From positions 62,001-126,000 of the forward strand of contig MU058418.1 of NCBI GenBank assembly GCA_013265495.1: 64,000 nucleotides of DNA. Reading direction: 5' to 3'. This document shows, in pieces, positions 37,780-50,609 of the stretch. The position numbers were made by a program, and so were the translations under genes. Under the pieces are notes generated by a model. That model was not told where the DNA came from. It saw only the letters and a program-made list of their open reading frames with translations, and searched no databases. This DNA is from Vicugna vicugna. Taxonomy: Eukaryota. Positions within the stretch are counted from its first letter, which is position 1. Every line of letters starts with the position of its first letter.

Positions 37780-38665
37780 TGTTTACTTCCCTTTTTAAAA
37801 GCTTTTTTAAATATAAAGTTTAAAGATAGGAACAGTTTAAAGAATAATAATAAAAATGAACATTCACATAACCCCAAGCCCAGCTTAAGAAATGGAACAT
37901 TTCCAATACGTTGGAAGCCTTGTGCATGACTCCCTTTAATACCATACTTACATTCCAAGGGTTACCAGGATCTGCATTTTGTAATAATTATCTGCTGTTC
38001 TTAACAGTTTAATCACATATTATATAGTTTTGCTATTTATTTTTAGGGGGAGGGGTAATTAAGCTTATTTATTTATTTATTTTTAGAGGTGGAACTGGAG
38101 ATTGAACCCAGGACCCTGTGCATGCTGAGCATGTGCTCTACCACTTGAGCTGTACTCTCCCGTCCTCTCAGTTTTGCTATTTAAAATTTTGTCTCTGGTA
38201 TTTTTTCAGCTTAATTTCCATGCTTATGGGATGCATCACTATTGTTATGTGTCACTATCGGTTTTTTGTTTCCATTGCTATCTAATATTCCAGTGTATAA
38301 ATAAAACATATATCTGATTCTTTTTCTTCAAGTGTGTAGTGCCTATTTTTGGATATTTGCTTTCCTATATCAAACTTAGAATCAAATTGTCAAGTTCCTT
38401 TTGGGGAAAAAAAAAGCCTACTGGGATTTGGATTAAGTGGCATTGAAACTATAGATCAATACTGTGTGAATTGATATCTTTACACTATAGAGCACCTTTC
38501 TTTATCTATGAACATAACATATCTTTCCCTTTATTTAGGTCTTCTTTAAACCTTTCAGAAAAGTTTTATGACTTGGCAGATGAAGACTTATATGTACTTC
38601 CTACCTTTTATTTGTTATTGCTATGTTAAATGCCTTTTCATGCTGTATTTTCTAACTGTTGCTGG
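37780..38665 (-). mobile_element. Ancient L1 fragments
   Basis: cccagcttaagaaatggaacatttcc and ttagaatcaaattgtcaagttcc...cattgaaactatagatcaat motifs. Confidence 0.65.
38040..38169 (-). mobile_element. tRNA-Ala-derived SINE
   Basis: Perfect 14-bp TSD agttttgctattta at 38026-38039 and 38170-38183. Confidence 0.93.
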
Positions 38666-38915
38666 AGATAATAATAATTGTATTAATAATGATAATGATA
38701 ATGATAATAATAACTAACATGTATTGCATGTTCACTAAGTGCCAGACACAGGTACATGTACTACACTTAGACTCCATGCTCTGTGACCCTGAGATGATAA
38801 ACAACATGCCCAACATCATATAGCTAGTAACTGGTGAAGTCAGGCTTGGAGAAAGGAAGTCCAGCTCCAGAGCATATGTGCTTAACCATGATGCTTTTGT
38901 TTTTGTGTGTATTCT

Positions 38916-39362
38916 TGTGTTAGTTTCCTGAGCCTGCTATAACAAATTACCACAAAATGAATTTATTCTCTCATCTTTTTGGAGGCTAGAAATACAAAAT
39001 CTGGTGGGGCCACACTCCTCCCTTCGAGGAATCTAAGGAAGAATTCTTCTTTGCCTCTTCCAGCTTCTGGTGGCTGCCCCAGCATCACTTGGCTTGTTGC
39101 TGCATATCTCCAGTCTCTGCCTCCACCTTTATTCATCATATTCCCCTCTATCTGTCTACTCTTCCTCTTCTTCCCTCTTGTCATTAAATTTAAGGCTGAC
39201 CTGGATAACCCAAGATAAAACTTTTCCACTCAAAATTCTTAACTTAATCACATCTTTTACCACATGAGGTAATACTTTTTTACTATATAAGGTAATATTT
39301 ACAGGTTTGGGGGATTAGGATGTGGACACATCTTTTGGGAACCACCATTCAGCCCACTACAA
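38916..39362 (-). mobile_element. MaLR LTR (MLT1C-like)
   Basis: tgtgttagtttcctgagcctgctataacaaattaccacaaa...gcctcttccagcttctggtggctg...cagcccactaca. Confidence 0.87.
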
Positions 39363-42059
39363 CTCTATATAAAATCAACTGACTCATACATAAATCCAGC
39401 AACCTGGCTGTATTTTCTGATCAATGCCAATAAACGTCTGACAGCTCTCTTGAACTTTCTTTGTAGACAATCACATCATCTGTGAATTATCCAAATCTGC
39501 TTTTTTCAAGATTCCATACTGCATAGTGCATGTATCCTGTTATTATGATTACCATCACAAACAACAACAAATATTTGCTGAGTAAAAGACATGGAACTGG
39601 ATGACATGGGGATCAAAGGGATGAATAAGACAGAGCCTTTGCCCTCTCAAAAGCATAACTGGGACATGGTTTGTCTATGTGAAAAAAAAATCCATTAAAC
39701 AAAATGGAACAAGGTTATAACTACTTTGCAGACTCAAATTTCATTAAAAAAAAAAAAAACTGCCTTTCTCTCACCTCTGATATGTGGCCAGGCTACATTA
39801 TCCTAGATGAGCTGTTTGCTCACGATTTCCCACTCACCTCTTTCTTTTTCCCCTCGTTTTGAACAAATGTCCAATGTCTGGTCTATAGTCTGAATCATGA
39901 GCATAATGATATTAGAAGTAAATGGAAAGGGAAAAGCAAAGCAGGGGCAGCTTGCAGCAGAACAGCTACCACTCACTCTGCTATTCTCTCCACCTGATAG
40001 GGCTTCCTGGCTCCCCTATAAAGCAGAGATTACTGTGGCCCCAAAAGACCCTGAAAGCTCTCCCAGAAACCAATAACCAGACTGGGAATTCTGAAGGAAC
40101 ATAACGCCAATGAATAACACATTATTTTCTTCTCTGTGAAAAGACCAAAAGGTTATAAAAAGTAATAAAAGAAAAAACAATCATGAAATCTGGATTAAGA
40201 AGACAGTTTTAGCCTGACTTTCAATTGATTTTAGACAATTTTGAAGTAACTTAAATTTAGATAACCTGTAGCATGGATTACTATTAAAATTTTTAAGTGG
40301 TTTACAAAATAGGATATATAACAAAATCTATTTTTGTAAAAAAAAAAAAGAAAGAAAGAAAGGTATATTTATGAATAGAAAAGACTGTCAACTCATTATT
40401 CCTAAGTATTGTAATTTTAGCTCATTCTGTTTTCATCTTGGGTATAGGAACAGGGGGTGCGGAAGGAAGAAAATAAGACTATTCTGATACTAAAGCCCAA
40501 AGAATGATTAACTTCTTAAAATATGTACACTTACTTCTTTGTCCAAAATGAAAATTATATTTAATATTTTCAATTAAAAAATTTAACATAGCCTTAGAAA
40601 CAAAAAAGTGCTGGTATCCAGTAAGCAGTCAGTAAATGATTGCTAAGGTTATATAGTGAGAACAGTCTTCAGAAGGGAAATCTGGATTATATTGCTTCCG
40701 AAGCTTTTGTGAAATTAAGCCTTCACCTAATCAAGTTGTTGACAAAAGGATGATATCAGCATGGCATCTACAAAAGCAGAGCTCACAGAGCAGGAGATGG
40801 GTGGCCAGTATTAAAACAATACTGCGTTGAGGCCAGAGATCCTGCAGAGAGAGAGACTGGGATGCTACTTGCTAGTAATTTGTGCCCTTTGAGAAGCAAA
40901 GAAAATTCATTGAACATCACTGGGGCCACCTCCCTACCCTTTGATTCCTTGATTCTCTGCTTATCATACAACAGTCTGATGAATCATTTGTCCTCCTGAC
41001 AACTGGTGTGGTGATGGAAGGTTTATTTCTTTTATTATGAGCTAACTGGTTTGCACAGTAGCCTTGGATGAGTGTTTGTTGTCCCCTTGAGTTGATAAGC
41101 AAAGTGTGTAGTGAAGGAAGTGAGGCTGGGACTGAAGGCCTCAAGAATGTACTGTAAGGCCCCAAGAATGTACTGTCCCCTGTGAGGCTCCATCTGAGCA
41201 GCCAGGCAGCCTCTCTGTAGTTCATGGCGTTCGTATCTATAATGCTAACCACAATATTCCCATCTGAAAATCAAGTGTGCATATCACCCAAGATATTTAC
41301 CCTGGACCACAGCCAAACCTTTACTTATGTTGATGAATACACACACTGTTTATGGTCTTTGCCGGCCTTACCTATGCTCTCCACCTTCTCTGGGAACTTA
41401 CTGTACTCCCAAATCAGAGGTGGGCATGTGAGCTGTGCTGGTTGAAACACAGAGTACTCCACCCCTGTATGGTCAGTGACCATGCCAGGGATGGGAACAT
41501 GACATCAGATTCCTGTCCCAAGATTGTTTCCAGCTGGACTCCATTTGCAAAACAAAATATAAGACAGCCATTCATTCAAGCAGCCAGAGACTGTTTATAG
41601 CATTGGCCCAAGAAAAAACAGCTGACTGACCTTGGGCAAGTCACTCAAACTCTGCTGGAATAAAATTCCTTCTCTGAAATGGGATCAAGACCATCTAGAA
41701 GGTTCTGACATTTGGAATTGAGACCTCTCCTTTTCCTGTTAGACAATGAACCAAGACACCATATCAAACTAGACTAGGGTCTTCTGCCATGGATTTAGCC
41801 TGATGATTCCCTTTCCATCCAACAACTGGGTTTTCCAGGAACCCAGATAGTTGCAACTGAAGTCTCAACACAAAATAAAGCACATTTGCTGAGCAGTTTC
41901 TTAGTTTCTTGAAATTGAGTGAGATGTGTACATCACTGTATTCTCAAAATTCTGGTTGCAAACTAAAGTCATTGAACTGGCAAGATCTTATCCTAAGGCA
42001 ATCTCCACTCAATGCTTGGTCTCCAGCCTCAGTTAGTAAGGTTTTGTCAAAAACTGGAA

Positions 42060-42810
42060 TCACATCATACCATGGAATACTACTCAGCAATAAAGTGGAA
42101 CTATTGGTACACACAACGGCTAGGACAAATCTCCAGGGAATTATACTTAGCAAAAAAAGTAAATCCCAAAGTGTTACATACTATATGATTCTATTTGTGT
42201 AACATTTGAAGTAACAAGATTTTAAAAATGGAGGACAGATAAGTAACTGGTTGACAGGAAGAGAGGAAGAGGAAGGTAGGTGTGGTTTTAAAAGGGCAGC
42301 ATGAGTCATCCCTGGAACTGTTCTGTATCTTGACTGTGATGGTGGATATGCAAACCTATGCACGTGATAAAATTGCATAAAACCAAATACACACACACGT
42401 GAGTACAAGTAAAACTAGGAAAATGTAACAAGACTGGTGGACTGGTGGGTTAATGTCAACATGCTGGTTGTGACATTATACAATAGTTTTACAAAATATT
42501 ACCATTGGGGAAACTGTACAAAGTCACAGGATCACTCTGTATTATTTCTTACAACTGCATATGAATATACATGACCTTAATAAAAATTACAATTAAAAAA
42601 TGATTTGATAGGGTTAGGCCATTAAGAGGTACAAACTACTATGTATAAAATAAATGAGTTACAAGGATATATCATACAGCAGAGGGAATACAGCCAATAT
42701 TTTATAATAAGTTTAAATGGTATATAATCTATTAAAATATTGAATCACTATGTTGTACATCTAAAACTAACATAATACTATAAATAAACTATACTTCAAT
42801 AAAAAATTTT
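42060..42810 (+). mobile_element. Two adjacent L1 3' ends (older L1MC/D-like at 42060-42600, younger at 42615-42810)
   Basis: catggaatactactcagcaataaa and gtatcttgactgtgatggtgg; then aggtacaaactactatgtataaaataa...atacttcaataaaaa. Confidence 0.8.
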
Positions 42811-43379
42811 TTTAAAGGTTTGTTTTTACACCACTAGAACAAGGCAGGTGAAGCCTTTTCCTGAATCTAAAGTGGGAATTTTTAACATGAGGCCTCACTT
42901 ATCAGATCAGCTTTGTTCCCCAATTGTGTCAACCCTGAAATCACAAAGAGGCAAGCAAACTAGTTGCCACAACTCCTATCTTACATGGTTTAATACTGGT
43001 CAGGAATATTTACACCTCATTTTTATAAATATTAAAAATTACTGACAAATTTTAAAAGCAACATTTTCTGAGACACCACGTTACTTTTCTAAATTAAGAT
43101 GGGGAATGGTGTATAGCAAGATTTTTAAACAACCCTACAAGAAATCCCACTCATAAAGGATCCACCAATAAAGTCCTTCAGCAAGACATACTGGCAACAT
43201 TTAAGTTAGATTCATCCTGAATACACAAGGTTAGGAAGACAATAAGGAAAAAAAGGCACAGGCACAAAGGAAATTAAAAATATTTGTGGATACTTCATTT
43301 AACATTATTATATATAAAGCCTAAAGGCAAATAAGAATTTTCTAGGAATATATGAGTTAATACATTTTATTCCAGTGAA

Positions 43380-46110
43380 TAATCATGGAATGGAGAACCT
43401 TGATAAAGCACTTTAAAAAGCTCCAGATGATTTCATGTGTAAATTCCTTGAAATCATCAAAAGATAATTCCTATCTGTGCTACTTAAACCGTTCCAGAGC
43501 ATAGTGAAAGAATGAAAGCTCTCCAAATATTTTTGACAGCCAGCGTAATACTGAAAACAAAGATAGGAGGAAAATCACAAAACAATCTCAAAAACACCTT
43601 AAGTATAAAATATTGATGCAAACATCTTATGTATAATATTACCAAGTAGACTGCAGCATTAGATTAATGGAAAAGTATACCAGACCAAGTAGTGTTTATT
43701 TTAAAAGAATGTAAAGATGGTTCAACATAAGAACTGTACTAATAAAATTCATCATCATATTTTTAAAGGTGAAAAATCACATCATCTCAAGAGATTCCAA
43801 AAAGGCATTAAAAAAATTCCACATCAATTGCCAATTTAAAAACAAAGTTTATAAAATAGTGATACAAGGATGTTTTAAAAATGGCAAATCATATATTTAA
43901 AATAGTGTGACACTTAATAATAAAATATAAGAATCATTTCCATGAAGATAATGAAAAAAGACAAGGTGGTCTATTATTTAATTTGGTAGAAGCCAAAACA
44001 ATCAGAAATGGGAAAAAAGAGGTGTAAAATGTTGGAAACAAAGAGACAAAATTATCATTTTCTGAAAATGTTGCTATAGATCTGAAAAATATGACAGGTT
44101 GAAATGCAAAGATATTAGAACCATTAGAAAGTTCTATTGGTGGTCAGATTAACATAAAAACACAAAGCTTTCTCGATTATACCTCAGTAAAGCTGAAATT
44201 TTCTTAATCACTAAACTTCTTTATATGTTGATAATATCAGTTTTTTTAATGACAAAAAGATGCTATTGACAACAGAAACAAAATGCATAAAACACTTAGA
44301 AATAAGCAAAATAAGTAATGTGCAAATTAAATGAGAAACCTATAAAGCACTGAGGAACATTGAAGAAGATACAAATGAAGAGAAACGCCTTGCTCATACT
44401 GGTGTACTGCACATCTATTTTTGTCATCCTTGTTCTCCCTGTTACTGCCTTTGTCCCCTCAACATCTAGCCCTCGGTTTCTGGAACAGCTACTGCTTCCC
44501 TGTCCCTGGGCTTTCTGCCCTACTGTGTGCAAGCCTGTCACCCAAAAGTCCTGCCCTTCTCCAGCCAAGGGATAAACAAGCTACCCCCGTGAGGATCACA
44601 GAATTCTGTGCCAAAATCTGCAATTTGAGCAAAATGCCTCAAAGATGGAAAGCTGGCAGAGCTGAGGAATGTGAATGGAGCTGCAGAGCCCAGTAACTGC
44701 CCTGGTTCTTTTCATTCCCAAACCTAGTTCTTCAGTTTTCCTTCACATCTGGGAGCTACTCCAAATACTTTCAGAAATTCCTTTATTTTACCTTTTTCTT
44801 TAAGTCAGCCAAAATCTGTTTCTGATTTTTTTTTTCCAACCAAAGAACTGTCACTGAATCAAACAGAAAAACATACCATTATAAAGATGTCAATTATCTC
44901 TAAATTAATCTATAATTCACTACAATACACACCAAAACCATAACAGAAAATGAAACAAACTCATCTTAAATTTCATCTTGTAAAGTGGTACTCAGCTTTG
45001 GCTCCACATTAGAATCATCGGGAGAGCCTTTACAACTCTCTGTTCCCAGGCTTTACCCCAGAGCAATTAAACCAGGATCACTGGGAGTGGAACAAAGTGT
45101 TTATTAGAACTCCTTGAGTGATTATGATGTGCTCCCAAGGTTGAGAATTACTTCTCTAGAAGAATAAACATGAAAGACTAGCGAGAAATTTCTGGGGGAA
45201 AAAAAAGAAAGAAACAAGCAGGCATGTCCAATCAGCAATTGAAATATATTATAAAACTATACTAATTAAAACATTGCAGTACTAGCACAAGAACTGGCAT
45301 ACAAATGAATAGGACAAAATACATACTCCAAAAGAGTCAAGTCTGTAGAATTTAAAATTTAAAAAGATGGCATTTGAAATCAGTGGGGAAAAGACGAACT
45401 ACTCTGTAAATAATGTTGGGACAACTAGCTAACCACTTGAAAAAAATAAAGCTGTAAAAATTAATTCTATATGAAAATGAATACATGTATGTACATACAT
45501 GACTGGGACATTGCACTATGCACAAGAAATTGATACACTGAAATTGACTGTACTTCAATTAAAGAAAGGGAAAAAAATTCTAGATGAATCAAATGTTAAA
45601 CTGTGAAAATTAAAACTATAAAACTATGTTGTTGTTGCCAATGCAACATATATTCATCCTTATTTTGGTAACAGAACACCAGTTTTCCTTGGGAAACAAC
45701 TTATCAGCAATTTTCGATCCATTTCATTGCAAGACTGAAGTAAAAAGATGAAAAGATATTAACTCTCACTAGAAACTAAAGAATATAATAGAAGCAATGA
45801 GATGTCACTTATCAACCATCATATTGGCAAAGTCAAAAAAAATTTCTAGTAATATCTGGTCTTGTTTAGTGTGTGGGGATTAGAAACTCTCAGAGTATAA
45901 ATGGCAGCAAACACTGTAAATGTATACACCTTTAATCCAGTACTTCAACTTTTGGTAATATAATACCAGCTGACAGTCAACCACAATCACAAAGATGTAC
46001 ACACAAAGATTTTATTGGTCATAGCTTTGTTTCCACAGGGGAAAAACTAAATGTCTTTCAAGAGGATAATTTATCTATACATGTGTTGCCATTAAATATT
46101 TCCATGACTC
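43380..46110 (+). mobile_element. Highly decayed L1 ORF2 with nested MaLR-like (about 44400-44860), MER5-like (about 44985-45152) and young L1 tip (about 45469-45575)
   Basis: Residual ORF2 motifs (aaagatggttcaacataaga, catcatctcaagagat, taaagatgtcaattatctctaaattaatctata, aataatgttgggacaactagcta). Confidence 0.65.
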
Positions 46111-46124
46111 TTCACACTCATTAG

Positions 46125-46850
46125 ACTCACTATTATTAAAACACAAAGACACACACAGAGAAAATAGGTATTGGCAAGGATGTGGAGAAATTAGAACCTT
46201 TGTGTACCGTTGTTAGGAATATAAAGTGATGCAGTAACTATGGAAAACAGTATGGAGATTCCTCAAAAAATTAAACATAGAAATACCATACAATCCAGCA
46301 TATGCACTTCCGCTTTGGGTACATACCCAAAAGATCTGCAAGCAGGAACTCCAACAGGTATTTGTACCCCATGTTCATAGCAGCATTATTTACAATGGTC
46401 AAAAGATAGAAGTAACTCACATGTCCATTGATAGATAAGCAAATGTGGTCTCTACATACAGTGGAATACCATTCGTTAAAAGGAAGGATATTCTGAAACT
46501 ACAACATGGATGAATTTTGAGGACATTATGCTAAATGAAATAAGCCAGTCAACAAAGGCAAATATTGTATGATTCTACTTACATGAAGCACCTAGGGTAG
46601 TCAAATTCATAGAGACAGAAAGTAGAATGGTGATTGCCAGGGGCTGGAGATGTGAGGAGTGAGGGGTTACTGTTTAATCAATAGAGTTTCAGTTTTGCAA
46701 GATGAAAAAGTTCTGGAGATGGATGATGGTGAGAGCTGCAAAACAATGTAGAATGTACTTAATAGCATAGAACTGTGTACTTAAAAATGCTTACGATGGA
46801 AAATTTTATGTTATGCACATTTCACAATGAAAATTTTTTCTGTGAAAAAA
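46125..46850 (+). mobile_element. L1MB-like 3' end
   Basis: ttggcaaggatgtggagaaattagaacc...agtttcagttttgcaagatgaaaaagttctggagatggatgatggtga. Confidence 0.88.
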
Positions 46851-47096
46851 GAGAAGTTTTTGTTTATTTATTTTGATTTCCTCAAGATTGGTCTTTATCA
46901 TTATTGTTGAGGAAATGTGCTTTTATGAGTCATTCCCAAATGACTCAGACACAAATTTTGAGAATATGCAGCAAAGTTTCCTAGATGTCATTCTTCACGG
47001 TTGCTTTTATAGTTTATGATCATCAATCATTTTTATTTGTAATCATTGTTTATAAAGTAGGAAGCACTGTTCTTTTTTTTAAAAAAAAAAAGGAGA

Positions 47097-47205
47097 GGGG
47101 GCAGGGTATAGCTTAGTGTTAGAGCACATGTGCAATGTCCTGGGTTCAATCCCCGGTAACTCCACTAAAAAAATAAATTAATGAAAAATAAAAATAAATT
47201 TTAAA
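47097..47205 (+). mobile_element. tRNA-Ala-derived SINE with shortened anticodon arm
   Basis: gggtatagcttagtgttagagcacatgtgcaatgtcctgggttcaatcccc plus A tail. Confidence 0.87.
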
Positions 47206-48767
47206 ATGAGAGGGAGAGAGCAGAACCCTTAAAAACATCAAAGAGGATCCTCATACAGGGTCAATCACAAATGCAATTATGGTAAATCAGGTGGTGACGT
47301 CATATCTTAAGCTACAAGCCACTTCTTTGTGGGGTAATTATCCATATTGGAATTTTGTTTCGCATTTTCTCAGCAGCTCTATTTCACTCCCAGAAGCTAG
47401 CTGCTCATAAAGATTCTAGTGGCCCACTCATGCATGCCAGGGACCCAAACTCTGAGAGGATTCACTTGGCTAGCCAAGAGCCCTTAACTAGAGGTGACCT
47501 GTTTTCTTCCTCAGGGCTGGGACAAAACCGTGAAAATATTTCCACTCAAAATAGAAACTGCAATCTAAAAGAAATTTTGTTCCTTTTCTTTTAAAATAAG
47601 GACACAAGCAGAAATAAGGAGTGGGACTTCGGTTTACCTTAAGCTGTGGTTCAAGAAAGGAATTGTAACATATATAAAACAAAATCTTAACTGGCACTAG
47701 ACTGTGTGACAAAGACTTCATTTTAAAATTGTATCTTGTGCAGCTGCTTAGTATAGAACATGATCAGAATAGAAGAGAAATAATGCCAACTTGTCTGAAA
47801 ATTAAAACACTAAAGCATCTGAAGGCGGATAAATACCTTTCTTTAATGTCCATTTAAATATGTACTGAGGTTTATAGACAAAACTACCATTGGGAACACA
47901 GGATAGGACCTTATGTAATCTGATCGTAGGAACTAGCTAACTTTGATGAAGGTCCCCGTTTGCAACCAAACTCAGCAAAGTTATTCAAAAGGAACCAAAA
48001 AAAAAAAAAAAACAGGAAAAGTCTTGGTAGGCAAACAAGTTATGACTATCTGCTTCCTTTCCAATATAAAGTCACTCGTGTTTGAGAATTCACACCATCT
48101 GTTTCTGAGGTTTATTTAGACTAGTTTTAGTGATTTTATGCCAAAGGTACATAAAAGTGTTGTTGTTTAATTCTGATAGTTAGTGGAGATTTCTTGAATA
48201 AGTGAAAAGGGCATGACACTTTCATATTTCTGAGATTTTAAAATTATTTTCAAACACAACATGGAAGTACTATATCACAAAAATGCTATTAAAATCTGCC
48301 TACTCTGATTCCTGGAGGTGTTTATAAATTATTCATTCTAGTCATCCCACTGTCCATGAGCATGCATTTAGAATTGAAGTGGCACACTGACCCTCTAATA
48401 AATGCCATTCCTTGCTAAGAAACCTCAGAGACCCATCCAACAGCAGTCTGGGGGCTCAGTGAAGGCAATGCCAATAAATCAATTGACTAAAATAATCAGT
48501 TCCTGCTATCTAGTTTGGCTGAAAATGAGAAGCCCCCCACCATGATCCAGCAACACCATAACTCAGTAAAAACCCTGAAAAATACACATACAATGAGACA
48601 TGTAACAGAATGTTCACGTAACACCATCTGTAGTACCGTAATTGGGAAAACTCTAAAAGTTCATCAGCAGGAAATCAGATGCATAAATTGTGATACAACT
48701 GTATAACAGAATAGTCATAGAAATTAAAACAAGTAATTACTATATATACTTAACTCTTGAAAACATC

Positions 48768-48915
48768 ATTTTTTTCTTCTTTTTGTCATTTGGGGGGGGT
48801 TGCTTGATTTTTTTTTTTTGCTTTGCTTTTTTGGGTTTGTTTTGTTTTGTTTTGTTTTCAGTGGAGGTACTGTGGATTGAACCCAGGACCTCGTGCATGC
48901 TAAGCACACATTCTA
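48768..48915 (-). mobile_element. tRNA-Ala-derived SINE
   Basis: gattgaacccaggacctcgtgcatgctaagcacacattctaccactgagctat; TSD tgaa(a/g)acatcatttt. Confidence 0.92.
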
Positions 48916-49376
48916 CCACTGAGCTATGCCCCCAAACCCTGAAGACATCATTTTAGTAGATAAAAGCAATAATACCATTTATGGAAATTTTAAAGACAGA
49001 CAAAACAGTGAAAATTTAGAAATGACCTTAGTGTCCATAAAGAGGGGATTGGGTAAATCAAGACAATATATTTATACAATGAAAGGTATCATTATTTTTT
49101 TTAATGATGGTGTAAATCATTGATCGACACTGAAAAAGGGCAATGATATTTTGCTAAATGAAGAAGCAGTATGTATACTATGATCTGATTTCTATTTTTT
49201 TAAATATGTGCATGCATAAAAAAATGTCAACTCTGGCTTGTTTCTGAATGATAATTGGTAGACTTATTTTCTTCTTTATACTTTTCTGCATTTTTCTGAA
49301 TGTTTTTGCTATTATTGGTATTACTTTTACAATCAGAAAAAAATTTTACTACAAAAAAAGAAAAACAAAAATACAA

Positions 49377-49928
49377 TGTAGCAAATTTTATTTCCAAAGA
49401 TGGTTGCACCAATATATATCTCATCCCATATGCTTTTTATTACAATGCAACTTTGACACCACTCCACAGAGACACAGAAGTCTCTGTTCCTACCCCATGA
49501 ATATGGGTCAGGCTTTGTGACTTGTTTCTAATGAATAGGATGCAGTCAAAGTAACTGCATTACTTCCAAGGGTAGGCCTTAAAAGATGATACAGTTTCTG
49601 CCTGGTTCATTCTCTCTCTCCTCACTCTCCCTCTCTACTTACCCTTGGAACCCAGCCACCATGTCATGATTTAGCCCAGGCGACAAGAAGAGGTTTCAAG
49701 ATGTTCTGGCCAACATCCCAGCTAGGGAGTCAGCTAAGAGCCAGCATCAACCACCAGACATGTGAGTGAATTAGCCTTTGAATGATTCCACTCCAAGCCT
49801 TTGAGCCTTCCAGCTGAGGCCCCAGACACCTCTATGCCTTGCCCAGAATCTGTGCACATAATAAATAGATGTTTTGTGTCACTGTATTTTGGCGTTATTT
49901 GCTACACAGTCCTAGAAATTGGAACACA
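49377..49928 (+). mobile_element. MaLR LTR (MLT1G/H-like)
   Basis: tgtagcaaattttatttccaaagatgg...gccagcatcaaccaccagacatgtgagtga...ttatttgctacacag...ggaaca. Confidence 0.8.
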
Positions 49929-50598
49929 CATAAGCATTATTACATATTGCTTAAGGCTACATATGTGGTAAGAGTAAATCAATTGACTCACATAAGAAGC
50001 TCCTGCTATCTAGCACAGCTGAAAATGAGCATATCCTGTGACCCAGCAACTCCACGTCTAAACCCTGAAAAATAAATGCACAATGAAACATGGACTAGGA
50101 TGTTCATTCAAACATTGCTTCTAGTAGGATAATCAGAAAAAAGCTAAAATCCTGTCAGCAGGAAATTAGATATATACATTGTGGTGCAATTATATAATAG
50201 AATACTCATAGACATTAAAACAAATAAATTACTGTACGGACTAATTTAGCATGGATTAAGTAGATACCAAATTCTTTATAATACTTTCTTCTAGGAACAT
50301 GGGAGGAAAATGGGACAGAAGAGAGGACACCATGGGACTTTTATAGGTATTTTTAAAGGTCAAAGGGTAAAAAGAAAAATAAAAACAAAATTTTTAAACA
50401 TTGATCTGAAGCAAATATGACAAAATGCTATTCTGATTATGGAAACTCAGGGGATTATAACTGCCCATTTACCTTCCTGTATTCACTTTCTTCCCACCAC
50501 ACCAAAAATAAATCTAGTAAGTAAATTTTAGGGTTTTTAAAATTATTGTTTCCCTCTGTTTTCCCTTATTAAAAATACTTTCACACAGAGAGAAGGGC

Positions 50599-50609
50599 CA
50601 AGATGGCGG
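50599..50609 (+). promoter_or_regulatory. YY1 site at the start of the L1 internal promoter
   Basis: CAAGATGGCGG about 11 nt inside the L1 5' end, the position typical of mammalian L1 5'UTRs. Confidence 0.8.
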
